Shown: positions 1 through 13,138, numbered from the stretch's first letter. The stretch is 64,000 nucleotides of DNA from Phoronis australis (GCA_002633005.1 NMRA01000378.1:137525-201524); one strand, 5' to 3'. The notes: generated by a model not told the origin, from the sequence alone. Numbers and translations: made by a program.

Positions 1-540
1 TTTAGTGATCTGTGACATGTATTGAATCATATGGAATTGGTTTTGTGTGGTACCTCGAATGTATGTGCTAGCTCATTTTTGGGGGGTCCTTTTTTGGTTT
101 CTGCCGGACCCATTCCAGAGTGTAATTTGTCTGTCATGGGTCATTTGGTGTTCAGTGCGGTACTATTGTTCGTTTAAAATCAGTTTTGGCCGGTACCTCG
201 AAAATCTAGTCTAGCTCAAATTTTTTATGGCATACCATGGTTGAGATTTTTGGTGGTTTCTGCCGGGCACAACTCAGAGTGTATTTTGTCTGTCATAGGG
301 GTTTTAGTGATCTGTGACATGTATTGAGTCACATGGAATTGGTTTTGTGTGGTACCTCGAATGTATGTGCTAGCTCATATTTGGGGGGTCCTTTTTTGGC
401 TTCTGCCGGAACCATTCCAGAGTGCAATTTGTCTGTCATGGGTCATTCGGTGTTCAGTGCTGTATTATTGTTCGTTTTAAATCAGTTTTGGTTGGTACCT
501 CGAATATCTAGTCTAGCTCATTTTTTGGGGTCTTTGTAAG
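1..540. repeat. Tandem satellite, ~302-bp dimer built from ~143/159-bp related monomers (truncated by window start)
   Basis: Positions 1-~235 recur at 303-~535. GGTACCTCGAA occurs at 49, 192, 351 and 494 (spacing 143/159/143). TCTGCCGG and CAGAGTG..TTTGTCTGTCAT are shared by both monomers. Confidence 0.9.
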
Positions 541-1040
541 GCCCCCAGGAGTCACACCCAGAGTGCAGACAACGGCAGACGTCCATTTCTGTACATACTG
601 AGGTGGACTTTAAATGCTCCCGTGGTCAGATGTTGGTACCTCCAGTAAGTCCAGTAGTAGATTTATTTATTGTTTCTTATGTTGGTACCTCGTTCATCTA
701 TGCTAAGTGCTCTGGGCTCCCGGTCTATTTATCAGTAAACCAACCAGACGATCAGCTGTCAAGTGTACCGCTCCTCCGGAGCGCCATTACTTCACTGTAT
801 TCCCTAAGCTTTTAGAACGGTCCTAAAAATTCCTTGACCCGACGCCACATGATTTATTTTAACAAAAAGCTTTGAGGCATGAGTTCGTGTGAAACATTTG
901 AACATTAAGTAGAAAAAATATTAATAGAAACTCATGGAAATCGATGAGCATACAAACAGCAGTATACGTGCACGTTGAAGTCGTGTCAATGTATGCAACA
1001 ATTCATGATTGACCAATCGGGAACTGTACATATTTGTTTA

Positions 1041-1377
1041 CATGTGGAAGCGAGGATTTAGGGGGGGGGGGAGGGTTGGCCAAGGGGGCCATGCCCCCCC
1101 CCCCCTTAAAATTCACCCACATATCATTTGACAGTTCAGGGTGCGAACTGCTGACTAGCATATGCGCGCACCCAGGGGGACTCGGGTGGCGAATGCACAA
1201 TACGTATAGGCCTCGAAGAAATCCCGTTTACCGTTTTTTTTTTAGTAATAAGGTTCACAAACCCGAAATTTCGAGACCCCTGCATCCCTCATTTTCAGCT
1301 GGACGCGTGCGTGTGGCGAAATTCTGGTTATTCCTGTGCCCTGGCCCCCCTAACTCAAAATCCTGGATCCGCCCCTG
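1041..1377. mobile_element. G/C-run MITE (CAGTGGCGGAT...ATCCGCCCCTG family), degenerate left end
   Basis: Poly-G/poly-C arms and right end AAAATCCTGGATCCGCCCCTG. Internal sequence matches the copies at 6296, 11697 and 53177. Confidence 0.7.
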
Positions 1378-1795
1378 ATGAGCATATTCGGAATTGAGGG
1401 AATAGGCCAATTTGAATAAAAGTTGGGAGCAAAATTTTGCAGAAGGATAGAGTTATAGAAACTGATGTGTTAACATTAAGTATTTCGATGAAAAAAGTAG
1501 AATGCACAAGTGATCATAAAAACACCCTGTAGTGGTTGGTAAGACACGCATATATACATCGGTGCCGGTGAACACCTCTGCTTGGACGGCCGAAGCCGGA
1601 GGTCCGAAGTATGCATTTGCAAACACTCGTTCTCGAAAGGTGACTGGAATTGTCTACTTCGAGTTAAACCAATAGTTACATCAATATGCAGACGTTTTTT
1701 CAAAAAAATAAAACGTATTTAATGGGTGCTGAGTTGTCTCAAGGAAAATTACTTCGGTGATACGCTCATGACTTTTCTTTAACTATCTAGTATTA

Positions 1796-2201
1796 CAGTG
1801 GCGGATCTATTATATCACTGATAAGGGGGGCAACACTTTGCGGAAGGCATCCAGCCCAAAATATACTGGGGGGCTCGAATTTCTGAGATTGTGGATTTTT
1901 CAGTGAAAGACAAATTGAGGACTAAAAAGACCGTCGAGGAAACGATGGTTTAGCTCGGACACTTCCAATAGGGTCCGAGTCCCCCTCCCCTCCCACACAC
2001 ACGCACACACCCACCCACACACACGCACACACCCACCCACACACAAACTACAACTGCACACGTTAAATATTGTTTCAGCCGCATGATACTTACCGGGGTC
2101 AGTTAATAAATTAAATGTTTCCTCAAGCTCTTGCTGTTTTATTTTTTGCGGCAGCCAAGGGGGGGGGGGCACGTCCCCCCCCCCCTCTAAATCCGCCTAT
2201 G
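1796..2201. mobile_element. G/C-run MITE, longer variant with internal CACA/CACC microsatellite
   Basis: Termini CAGTGGCGGAT and ATCCGCCTATG, flanks TATTA/CATTA (4/5 TSD match). Internal sequence is similar to 38836-39150. Confidence 0.8.
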
Positions 2202-4194
2202 CATTACTTGTCCTAGTACCTAATTCATCTCAACGTGGTTAATTGTTAATTTGTAGTTTGAAACGACATGGTCTCACAATTGAGACAGCTGTATCATAGA
2301 CTCTGTTGTAAAACAACACGCCGGCTGCAATGTACATAAGCTGAACTAGAGTTTTCAAAAAACATTCGCATTATTAATGTTTACCAATATTATTTTTTAC
2401 ACCAATCAATGCATCCATTTTATGCTCCCATGTTGTGCGGAATTGCAGACTTTTTCATTCAATAACAAGCACACTTCCATCTGATTGGCCATCCAGAACG
2501 AGAAGAACAACAGAAAATGTTCACACAGAAACAACACAATGAGATATTGTTAGCAATTCAAACAATTAAGTTTTGATTTATTTCAAAACAGATTTATTTC
2601 AAAATATCACCATCACGCAGTAAAATCACACTGTGGCCATAAAAGGGAAATGTCTAGCTGGTACATGCACTTCACTTCCGCAAAAGTCAGATTTCAACCA
2701 ACTCTAATTTAGTCCCTGAATTCAGTTGGATCTGACATTTGCTAGCACAGAATTATGTTACTTACCAGTACATTTATATTGACAACACCCCGCTACCAAA
2801 TAAATATGAAAAACTCAATGGTCGAAAACTCTATCTGCTCTGCCCTACATAGCCAGGTATTGATACACTGTAACTAGCAGAAGACTATAAACATGGATAG
2901 AATATAAAATAATGATTTTCCTCAAGTAACACATTTGCAGATTTTAATAGCTTGCCAGGCTACATACTGTACATGTAGTCCCATCTCTTGAAATCTACAG
3001 AAACAACCCGTCTACCGTCCCAAGATAACATTGTGGGGTGTAGTATTCTTGCGGTATCTCTTCCTTCGATCTTGCCCTGTTCCCACTAACCTGGATATAT
3101 TCAATAAATCTTCGAATTGGTGTTCACTCTGTGCAAATGCCCCACTATTAATCTTTTAGTCACTTTTTGTGCTTCTTCGTTGCTAGAAAACAACAGATAA
3201 CTTGGAGATAATAAGGTCATTAAACCGTTTAAGACACATCGGACCAAGAAGGAAAGTCAGGTAAAAGACCACGAAAAATCAACTTTAGTGGGTGTTCTAG
3301 GGACCAAATGAAGTTAAAAATTATTGTTTATGCGATCGGATTCTCACCCACAAAATCATTCTATTTCGGTTTCAATTTTAAGCCTCGAAAGACCAAAAAA
3401 TCATATCAATGTTTCTGGGTCTAATACCGGAAGTCAAACTTTATTAATTTTTAATGTTTTCTGCTATAGCTAAAGATAAGCCTGTTAAGATCCTTTACTG
3501 TGCTCAAGTATGCAATGATTTTCTTGGATGACTTTCTAAAAATCCTACTTTGCATTTGACGATCCTGACGTTAAAGCTACGAGTTTTTATTTGAAATCCC
3601 GTGTTGTTATCAATATTTTTTAGTTCTTAGATACTACACAGTACGTATGCATCTCGATGAACATAGTTCATCAGCAAGATGGCGGACCACTCCGCTCAAC
3701 GAAAACCACGTGACTTTAACTCTAGTTATATTTATCCCTATTTATCCCATTGCTCTTAGAATCGCATGCTGAGTAGCCACCAAGTGACAGTAGATGGCAC
3801 TGTTTATATAACGGTTGTTATGGAGGCACTGAACAGTTCTCACAGGGATTTGCCCATGGCAGAACACACGTCAATGGACTCTTCACCCTTTCTTCACTAT
3901 GTAAAAACGGCATGCAAATAAAGAAAAGTTTCGAGTCATTTCAAATCACAAGCCCTACAGATGAGCACAGAAACTTTGTTCTCTCTTGTATTTTTGACCC
4001 TTTCACTCACAGTGGAAACCAAGCTAGACTAAGAAAAATAAGGACAAAAAATTCAAAATCGGCACTTTTCACCCCAAAACCACCACTTCCCTGCCGATGC
4101 TCGACTAAAGCCAACATAAGATTCCGAAAGAAAATTTCTTGCCAATTCCAAAAATGTGGTCCAAAGTACTGTCAACCAACTAGTTTTTTTACAA

Positions 4195-4255
4195 ATCAGG
4201 CTTGTTTGAGGGCTACCTGAAATCGCGGCCAATTTCTCAGTTGCTACACAGCAAG
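4195..4255 (+). repeat. Dispersed repeat fragment, second copy at ~61449-61500
   Basis: GGCTTGTTTGAGGGCTACCTGAAATCGC...TTTCTCAGT.GCTAC is shared by both sites. Confidence 0.75.
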
Positions 4256-6295
4256 ACTGCAACAGGGGATCACCATCTTGAAGAAGAGTGCAACACAGCC
4301 AAGAAAGTGGCCTTTTTTATTCTCAGCATGTTCACAATGAATACAAACAAACAAAATTCACTGGCCTACACTGTACATACTATACCTAACTAAAAAATGA
4401 CCCCAAACCTGGCCTACCCCTAGATTTTAATATTTTGGAGAGTTCAAATTCAAGTTGGCCGCGGCAGCAGTCTAACTATTCAGTGCCACATACCTTTTGT
4501 GTTCGTCGATCTGCCAAAAGACCTAATTCACGCCGACAGGAGGCGCGTTCCAAAACGAGGCTCGCTACGATAGCTTTGTTGGCTTATCGGTCGGCACAGT
4601 ATTCCGCGGACACTCGGCAACTGTCTGTTTTACACGCCCTAAGGACGTTGAGATTCGGAAGCGTTTGATCAATACGTCGCGACGAAGAAAAATATGTCCG
4701 TGTAAAATTTATAAATGTTTTCGAAAAGTTAGATCATATTTCTGTCGATTCTCGGTTGCCGAGAATCATAGCAACGACCGGGCAATCTTCGGCCAGCCCG
4801 GAGGACGGTGTTTTCATGACTACGGATCGAAGCGTGATGCATTTTTCTTTCCACTGGACAGGGCCCTCAGTCCCTCGAATTTGGGGCCGAGTATCGGCCC
4901 TATATCTGCTCTCTCAAAAATATTAAAAAATAACGCGATATTCCCCCCGCGATGCCTAAAAATTCCCCTATAGAAATTGAAAATTTCTCTCCAAGTTTAA
5001 ATCAATTGACAATTTGAAAGAGCACAAAATGCTACTTGATGAGATCGGGACGTAGTTTTTTCCCTCATGCGGCAAAAAATTAGCGTCTCAGAAGGCACAG
5101 ACACCTTTCCCTTCGGGTGAACGAGGCCCCTGAAGAAATATGATAATTAAGCTTGCAAGCTCTGTCCAGTTAACTGAAATTGAGCTTTAAAACGAGTTTA
5201 TGGTTTGGACGAACGAATTAGGTGTTTATACACTGTATTTTAAAATTCCACTTGGTCCAGATTGATATTTGAAACCTATGAAATAGACGTAAGAATTATT
5301 AAAACCAAGAAAGCAGAATTTATGGTCAAAAAATTTATTTTCAACGGAGCCTGGTTTTTATTTTAATAAAAAATATTTTTAATAACATCAATTATTCTTT
5401 CAGATCAATAACAAATCAAATGTTAGTCCCGGTAGTCCCTACCTCACAAGGACCTAGGCTATGCTTGATGTTAATGTTCTTGATCGGCAACAAATTAAAC
5501 CAGATGTGACTAATTGCACATGACAGCAAAATGCGATGAGCCACCACTGTCGAATATATCTTCAAATCGTCAAGGATACGGGCAGATGACGTGATTTGTG
5601 GAAAGCATTTTTATCAACAAGAACAAACTTAAATCTGCACTCAGCATAAACTGATCGCCGCAATTTGGTCATATTTACTTTTCGTGTTTCGAACCTAGGT
5701 TTGCGAAAAAAACTTACACCCTTTCCTCAGACAACTCTTTGTTGCATTAACATGTTCTTTTACTAAGGTATTTTTCTACGTCTCTTAGGTTAATTATAGA
5801 CCCCTTTTTTGGGATTTAATTTCCACGTTGGACTCGAATGAGTCCGGCCATTAACTCACGCAATGTCAACTTCCGCTTTGTTTATCGCAGAGAGCCTCGC
5901 TTTGGATTTTAATGTCCGCCACGTGAATTACATGTAGGTCTAAAGTGTGCGCTCTGACAAGTCGTGGTGACTAAAAATTTTTCGGACAATCCCCGGCAAT
6001 TCAATCCTATATATAGCATTACTGCGATCAAAGTACCGTGTTTTGAACTTCAACTGAAGCAGTCAATTCAGTGATTTTAAAGACAGAGATCACTAATTGT
6101 TGACCCTCTCAATTTGGCCTAAAGCGGCGGTTGTACACCATCTTCCTAATCATTTTCTATAAAAACATGATCTGTGAAATCAATTGTTTTTTCGAAATTA
6201 AAACTGCAAGTCGCAACTGACACTCGCAAAACAAATAATGTGTCTGAAGGCGGGATGAATCGTGATGTGTAATTAAAAGAATACTATAAACCAAT

Positions 6296-6453
6296 TAGTG
6301 GCGGATTTATAGGGGGGGAAGGGGCCATGCCCCCCCCCCCTAAAATTCTCCCAGATTCCATTTGGCAGTTCGGATGTGCGAAAGTGTGACGGGTAAAATC
6401 CTAGCTATATTCTGCCCGCCCACCCCCAACACAAAATCCTGGATACGCCCCTG
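6296..6453. mobile_element. G/C-run MITE, short variant
   Basis: TAGTGGCGGATTTATAGGGGGGG ... AAAATCCTGGATACGCCCCTG. Confidence 0.8.
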
Positions 6454-6763
6454 AATACCTGTTTTGATTATTTCAGCCAATCCTCGTCAGTTCTGTCACC
6501 TGAGTGGTCAGCATTATTGACGTCAACCTAAGACATGGAATCAACTAAAAACTCATACTCCCTATGTCACAGATTGGGCATTGTGGTCCGCGAAAGATGG
6601 TCTTTTCCCACACTGAGTTGCCGTGTAATTTAAAAACCGTAGGTCACGCTTGCCCGTTTAGAAGACTTTGAAAGTAGTTTTCAAATTTTCCTCCTAGCTT
6701 TTTAGAGTTGTCGAGGGTTACAGAGCATTATTTTGTTTTAGTCGCTTTTGTTATATCTGTTAA

Positions 6764-8917
6764 AGGAGACTGCCACCCAAAAAATAACCTATTTTGTATC
6801 AATTTAGATCGAGTAGTTGTACTCCACGACAGCACGTTCGGTTGCGTTACCTGACACCTGACGGCAGACGAAGGTGTTGAAGTTATCCAATGACGTAATT
6901 GGTTTCACACGCAGTCTGTTCAGCAGTTCACAAAACGGGTTCCTGGTGTCAGCTAATCGCTTGAATTCATCGTTTAACACCAATAAATCATCAAACTTTG
7001 ATGTAAAACCCTTAAAAATACACCGAATTGTTATAAAAACGTGTTGTTTTATTTCGTTGTTACGGATTTACAGGTATTTGGACACACCGTAGCCTACAAA
7101 GTTCGGCAGGCCAATTTACCAAGGTCCGCAGCACTGAGATGTTTGGTTCTGTTCGGAGATAAATTCGAAGTATTCTTCCGTGAAATACAGACAAAAGAAC
7201 CTAGATCTGTGTTGTTATACTAGTAATTTTTTTGAGTTCTAAACACAGAAAACGCTTGTTATCCCGGTCAATCATGGCTCAGAACCCGATCAGGCCCGTC
7301 GCGGCGGGACTGACTGGCGTTATCCCGGTCAGAAGCTCCTGGCGGAACCCGATCAGGCCCGTCGCGACCGCCGGGACTGGCACGAACATAAACCAGCTTG
7401 AGTTGGAAACTAAACCTCCAGTCAAGAAAAGACATAGGGAGCCAAAGAAATGATATGCATGTAATTATTTATGTGAATTAACCTCGAAACTGAAAACCTA
7501 CATACTTGTCGGGGGTCGCGAAGTCGCCGGGTTCTCATTCCAGAAACCGTCAGGGCAAAGTTTTTACAGCCTGAGTAACAATGATTTAAATAACGGATTT
7601 GCATTTCTAAATAAAGATTCCCCTAACATGTGACCATAGCATAAAAATCGAGTAATTGTTTCACAACAGCTATCTGTCAGCAAATTCTGAATTAGCATGC
7701 GCTCACACGGCCTCGGTGCCCGGTCAATTACCTTTATAGCCGGCATCAAAAGCCGGTAACGCAGTGGTTTATTCATTGCTGGCTTTTCAACATTCGCACT
7801 TACGAATACTGCAGGCATTACAAATTGTATCTGATGAGACAGACTTTGTTTCAGTTTTATATAAGCATTGGTTAGGATGAGAAAAGGCCTAATTCATTTT
7901 GAAACATAGTGAGCCAAAGAAATGATGTGCACGTAATTATTTGTGTGAATTAGCCACGGAACTGAAAATCTTTTTACTTGTAGGGTTCCTCTTCCACAGC
8001 CCGTCAGGGCAAAAGCTTGTACAGTAGCAATGATTTGAATAATGTACTTGTATTTCTAAATAAAGATTCCCCTAACATGTGACAATCATATATAGCATAT
8101 AAAATCGAGTAATTGTTTCACAACAGCTTTCTGTCAGCAAACACTGAATTAGCATGCACTCACCCGGCCTCAGTGCCCGGTCAATTGCCTTTGTTGACGG
8201 CATCAAAAGCCGGTAACGCAGTAGTTTATTCATTTTGCACTCACAAGCACTCCAGGCATTACAAATTGTATCTAATGAGACAGACTTTGTTTCAGTTTCA
8301 TATAAGCATTGGTTATTATGAGAATAATTCATTTTGAAATCGAACCCAGAATACTATAAACGTCTACATGGCAACTCGTCCCGAGCTCAGGCGACGAATA
8401 CTTCACGGGTCGGATCGTTAGGTTTCACAGGCTTTCAGTTTGAACCAGAATACACTGATCAAGAAATACTAGAGAGGCCCTGTGAACATGCACATGCAAC
8501 GGAACGTATGAATAGTTCTTTGGTAAGCCGCAATTCGTCAGAGAAATCACTGTCGACGAAATGCTGCCAACAGACCGGAGATGTTTCACGACATCATTCT
8601 TGCTATTAACAGCCTACCTTTCATTCTTCACTACCGCGGACTACTTCCATTTTGGGCTCTCCAGGAAGTCGCCGGAAAAAATCGACATACCCACTTTCTT
8701 CGTAGCTTCATAGTTCGGACAAGCGGGAACGATGCACCACAATATAGCGGCATTCACTCTGCAGACGAACCATTGACGTCGCTGCGTCGTTTCTCACCTT
8801 CCTCACAGTTCAACGCGACACCTCTCGGCAAGGTGAGGTCGACCGTATAAGAGGCGATGTGGATATAGACCGATTAAGGCGGTAAAAAAGACTAATTAAA
8901 TCGTGTGGGGTTCTCCT
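6764..8917. mobile_element. Non-autonomous Kolobok-type DNA transposon, copy 1 (with internal ~470-bp tandem duplication)
   Basis: TTAA|AGGAGACTGCCAC ... GTGGGGTTCTCCT|TTAA (TTAA TSD, AGG termini). Colinear with 15915-18721. Segment 7439-7905 is repeated at 7911-8339. Confidence 0.85.
8368..8522 (+). pseudogene. Degenerate first exon of a KolX-like accessory gene inside the Kolobok-type element
   Basis: Translates GFQFEPEYTDQEILER...ERM (copy 2 at 18231: GYQFEQEYSDEEMLKR...ERM), followed by TG|GTAAG in both copies. The upstream ATG is out of frame in both. Resembles the PYxFEP N-terminal motif of KolX/P2X7 C-terminal-like proteins. Confidence 0.5.
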
Positions 8918-11696
8918 TTAAGTAATAGGCGTATTCCAGGTTTGTGTACGAATCCGGGCTTTTAACTATACCTGTTTCTGGCTAATATCAAATGCCGGGA
9001 ACTTGTCGCGGTTGCAATCAGTGACAGAGACACATATGGTGGAATCGATTCTGCATGGAGCTTTGAGAAAATTTGAGTATCGGGTAACTCAGTGAACTCA
9101 GCCGAAACGCCGGGGCCGGAGGAGGCTCATCCCGAAGTGTGCTACACACTAAGCAAGAACTTACTTGAGGTGTTCAGTAACCTCTTGCCTTGCCTCAGTG
9201 TCGATGGGCTGAGAGGAAGATTAAAGATCTGCAGTTAAAAATTGCACCACAAGGTGACCCGGGCGGATAGGACGTACAAAGAGAGTTTCCCTACAAGTAA
9301 GAGGGATAGTAACAAGTCTTGCCTAATGTCCGATCTTTGTGCGACGTAGGCAGCGGCAACTGAGCTGAAGGCAAAGATTAGAAGAAGGATCGTGCATGGT
9401 TTTCGTTCCTCCGGCGCCAAAGGTTTCATGATGTTAGATTCTCATAACCCGGTTTTTAATAAACGACTGGAGATTTAATCTTCTTTTTGATTACATTCAT
9501 ATGAAAATGCTTCTCTTCATAAGAGGGTGTCACCAACAACATGCTGGATCCTGATGCAGGGATTTGCGCAGTGTCCGACAGTGGTGTACCGATCGAGTGC
9601 GCCAGTGCATGGTTCAGTTGCGCTTGTACATGAACTCGCAGTGGACCTGAAATACGTGTACGTTGGAGACGCTGGCCGAGACGGAGTCGCCAAAAAGCGA
9701 AACTTCCTTCGATCTGGGCGCAGAGAACCTACAGGGCAAGTGTACAGCTTCATGGGGATTGGCTTCGAAGGCTCACTGGAAACTAGGGCGCAAGCTCGTC
9801 GCAAAGATATCGGTAGATAGGCGTATCTATACTCACTTTGTTTTTCTTTCTTATTGATATAATAAAGATAATAGTAAGCATTTATCAGTAACCTGCTGAT
9901 GGGTGTCCAAGGACGGTATCCCCTTGAGACCTGTATTAATTGTTATATCCAACAAAGCCGCAACAAATGAAAACCATGATGGCGCCGTCCCTTAGGCGAT
10001 AACCATGCGACGCGCTTGCGCCCGTCACATGGCTCTTGCAAGTTAAACAATAACTTGCGAAATCTATACGACATCATTGGGCATGGGAGTTGTATGCAAA
10101 TCGACGCAACACTCGTGTTATAGCCGGGGTAGGCCAACTCCTTGCCAAGGCAAGAACGCGCTTTATACGCCTTTCCAACGAACTTGAAACGCCAGCCTGT
10201 GATGTCACTGTATACATGTAGTTAGACAGTAGTCGCAGCCAACTCAATTTTATATTTGGGAATGAGAAAATTCCACCAGTTGGGGTGTAGATACATTTTT
10301 GTTCAAATGGCAGCCCCCAGTGTAGCATTGTTGAAGATCTGCATAGCGACTAAGAAATCTGCTGCGATTTCCAGACACCCTAAAAACAATCGCGGTCGCA
10401 ATGGTACCACTTTTGGATCACATTTTTGGAACATCTATCATTCAGAATCTAGTGCTGGCTTATGTTAGGTAATGGCAAGGAAGTAGCGGTGGTTTTGGTC
10501 TGTAAACTGTACTTTGACAGTTTTCAGCGCAATTTTGCGTTCTTGCTACCTTTCCTCGTAGCCAAGCTTCTTTTTTCGCCGGTACTACTGAGAAGTGAAA
10601 GGGCCAGTTGCTGTGGTCATGTGTTTCGTCGGTTTTGGTGTTAAACGACTCACATATTTTATTTTTGTTTATACAGGCAGCAAGACCAATGACGTGTGCA
10701 CTGCCGGTAGGCAAGCGGCGCCGCAGTGAGAACTCTACAGTCTCCTATGCATAACCGCTAAGCAAGGACTACTACGCCGAGCATGCGCAATGCAACATGA
10801 GTAGCCTACGCAACGATATTCTTGGCTCATTTGGTACGCTGAACGACGCAACTCTCCGTAGGCTCGCTCTGAAACCCTATGAACTGATCCCAAAAGATCA
10901 TTATCATCGCGTAGGACTACGGGTCCGCTCACTGCTGCCAACTGCAGGACAAGGACATTCTGTAGTCAATATTTATTTCATAATACAAATACATAGTTGA
11001 AAACAGTGGAAGTGTTTATTATACGTACAGGTATTATGATTACTCAGGTGGTATTAAAGCGTATCTAGATAGCTTCTGCCGGGATGCGAGATTCCTCTCT
11101 CATGTGCCGCACGTGGCAGGACGACACGCGCTCTTGGCATAGCCACACGATGCGACAGCTACCCGTTTTTTGAGATTCTGTCTCAAACTCTTACATCAAA
11201 CAAAATTTGATCATGTTATTGATGCCTTTGATTTGCTATGAATGATGAACCTCTCTACTTTGACACGGCGGTAAATCATAACAACATATTGGTCACGTGA
11301 ACAAAATGGTGGCAGATTGGTCAAATTCTACAGGTTTTCTGATTTCACAAAGAGCGTACTTTTACTGAGTAAAAATCTATAGTTTTGTACTAGAAAGTTG
11401 TTGGCAGCATCAAATATTAAAATTGGAAGCCGACGTCTGAACTTCCACCGACAGACACGGGACAAGAACGCATGCTCATCCCCTGTGTCCGTAATACTAT
11501 AGTATCCTATAGGTGTCTCTGCTATTTGCAGTCTTTTATCTATTCCTTTCACAGCGCCAGTTGTCTTAGATTTCCTCTCCTCTGAAGATAACGGATGTTC
11601 CGATCGAAGATCCGGGATTAAATGCATAATTTAAGTATTTTGGTTCTCATCGTTTTCTCAGTGAACATCGGGAAGCTGTTATATCGTGTGCCTGTG

Positions 11697-11847
11697 CAGT
11701 GGCGGATTCCTAGGGGGGTCATTGCCCCCCCACCTAAAACTCTTCAAGTTTCCATTTGGCAATTCAGGGGGACGAATGTCTGACGGGCAAAGTCCTGGCT
11801 AATACTCTGCCATGCCCCCCAAACTAAAAATCCTGGATCCGTCCGTG
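11697..11847. mobile_element. G/C-run MITE with exact 5-bp TSD
   Basis: CTGTG|CAGTGGCGGAT ... GGATCCGTCCGTG|CTGTG. Confidence 0.85.
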
Positions 11848-13138
11848 CTGTGTGTATCGCGGCGTGAGTCTTGCCGAGTGCATTGAGATGATGACTCAGG
11901 AAGCTTGCGAATCCCTTGTTGACATTGCTTAAACGATTAAGTGCTGCCGGTATACACACATGTATTATGGCTAAAAACATGTGTTGAAAATCGGACAAGA
12001 TGCGTTGCAGACGATTTTAGTTAGTTGTGTTCAGTTCGTAAAGACGAAATAAGACCTGTGGTTTAATCCAATAAAGCGGCGTTAAATCCGTGTTTTCTGT
12101 CAAAATCAATATTTGAAAAGCCTTACAGAGCTATAGCCGAAAATTGGTCTCAAATTGTTTCTTAGTCAACTTATGTGTGTGACAGTTCGTTATTTGTCAC
12201 CAGACCAACCTCGTAATTTTATTACTCAGTTGTCTGAAGAAATATCGTACTCAATACATAGATTTTCAACACTACACATTTGAAGGAAGGGCTGTTGCAG
12301 GGGTATATCTATATAAATAGAAAACAAAAAAGCAGACGACGAGGAGTAACGCTTTATCAATTTTGCCGCCTTCAGCCACCGATGATCGGAATTATGCGAT
12401 TGGAACTAACATCATGATTCAAAGTATGAAATGTCTATGTTATACTTGGTGAAAGGTGGCGTGCAATGAAAGAGACAGTGAAACCACTTCTGGTTATACT
12501 GACCTCGTAAGACAAACAGAATGTCGAGATGTCTCATACTCCCTTGCAGGCGACTGGGTACAAATGAGCGCATTCACACAATCTTTGATGACATCATGCA
12601 TGTGTGATTAGAACTCGTTGTCGAAGTTAGTCGCACAAACTACAGATGTGAAGATAGTATCGAGAGCCGTAGACATATTTTTTCTGGGGGACAGTTCAAG
12701 GGGATTAGAGCTGCCCCTGTTAGTGAGAATGTTCGTGTGGTTAGTAAGGGAGGAACCTACGTCATGGGGCGCATAACAACGTGTCGACGCAACACTTGGA
12801 TTATAGTTTTGTTGCTGCATGATAACACCTAACCTCAACTTCTAAATCGGCTTCGTGCACACCAGTCATTTTCATACCTTTACATTTTTTGTTTCACACT
12901 AACAATGAGATCAAAGTTCTAACATCTCATCAAACTGAACATGTCAAATACAAAAGCCGTAGTAGAAAAAATGTAAAACTGAATTAGATAGTCATGCAAA
13001 TCATAACTTCCTGTCCACTACAGTAGCATCACGGGTTCTACAGTAACTCCTTATCACCAACAAACAGAGCTCCTCCAATATTAACCAGGGTAACAATGGC
13101 CAATAGGAAAACACTGTACTTTCCACCAGTGTCACATG

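Noticed and set aside
1-540. Regularly spaced GGTACCTCGAA repeats as a CRISPR-like array
   Set aside because: The intervening sequences are themselves repeated (satellite), the DNA is eukaryotic, and there are no cas genes.
10101-12806. 20/23-bp match TCGACGCAACACT.G..TTATAG at 10101 and 12784 (YNTSVAS/YNPSVAS in two minus-strand ORFs)
   Set aside because: The similarity does not extend, and a match of this quality is expected by chance in 64 kb.
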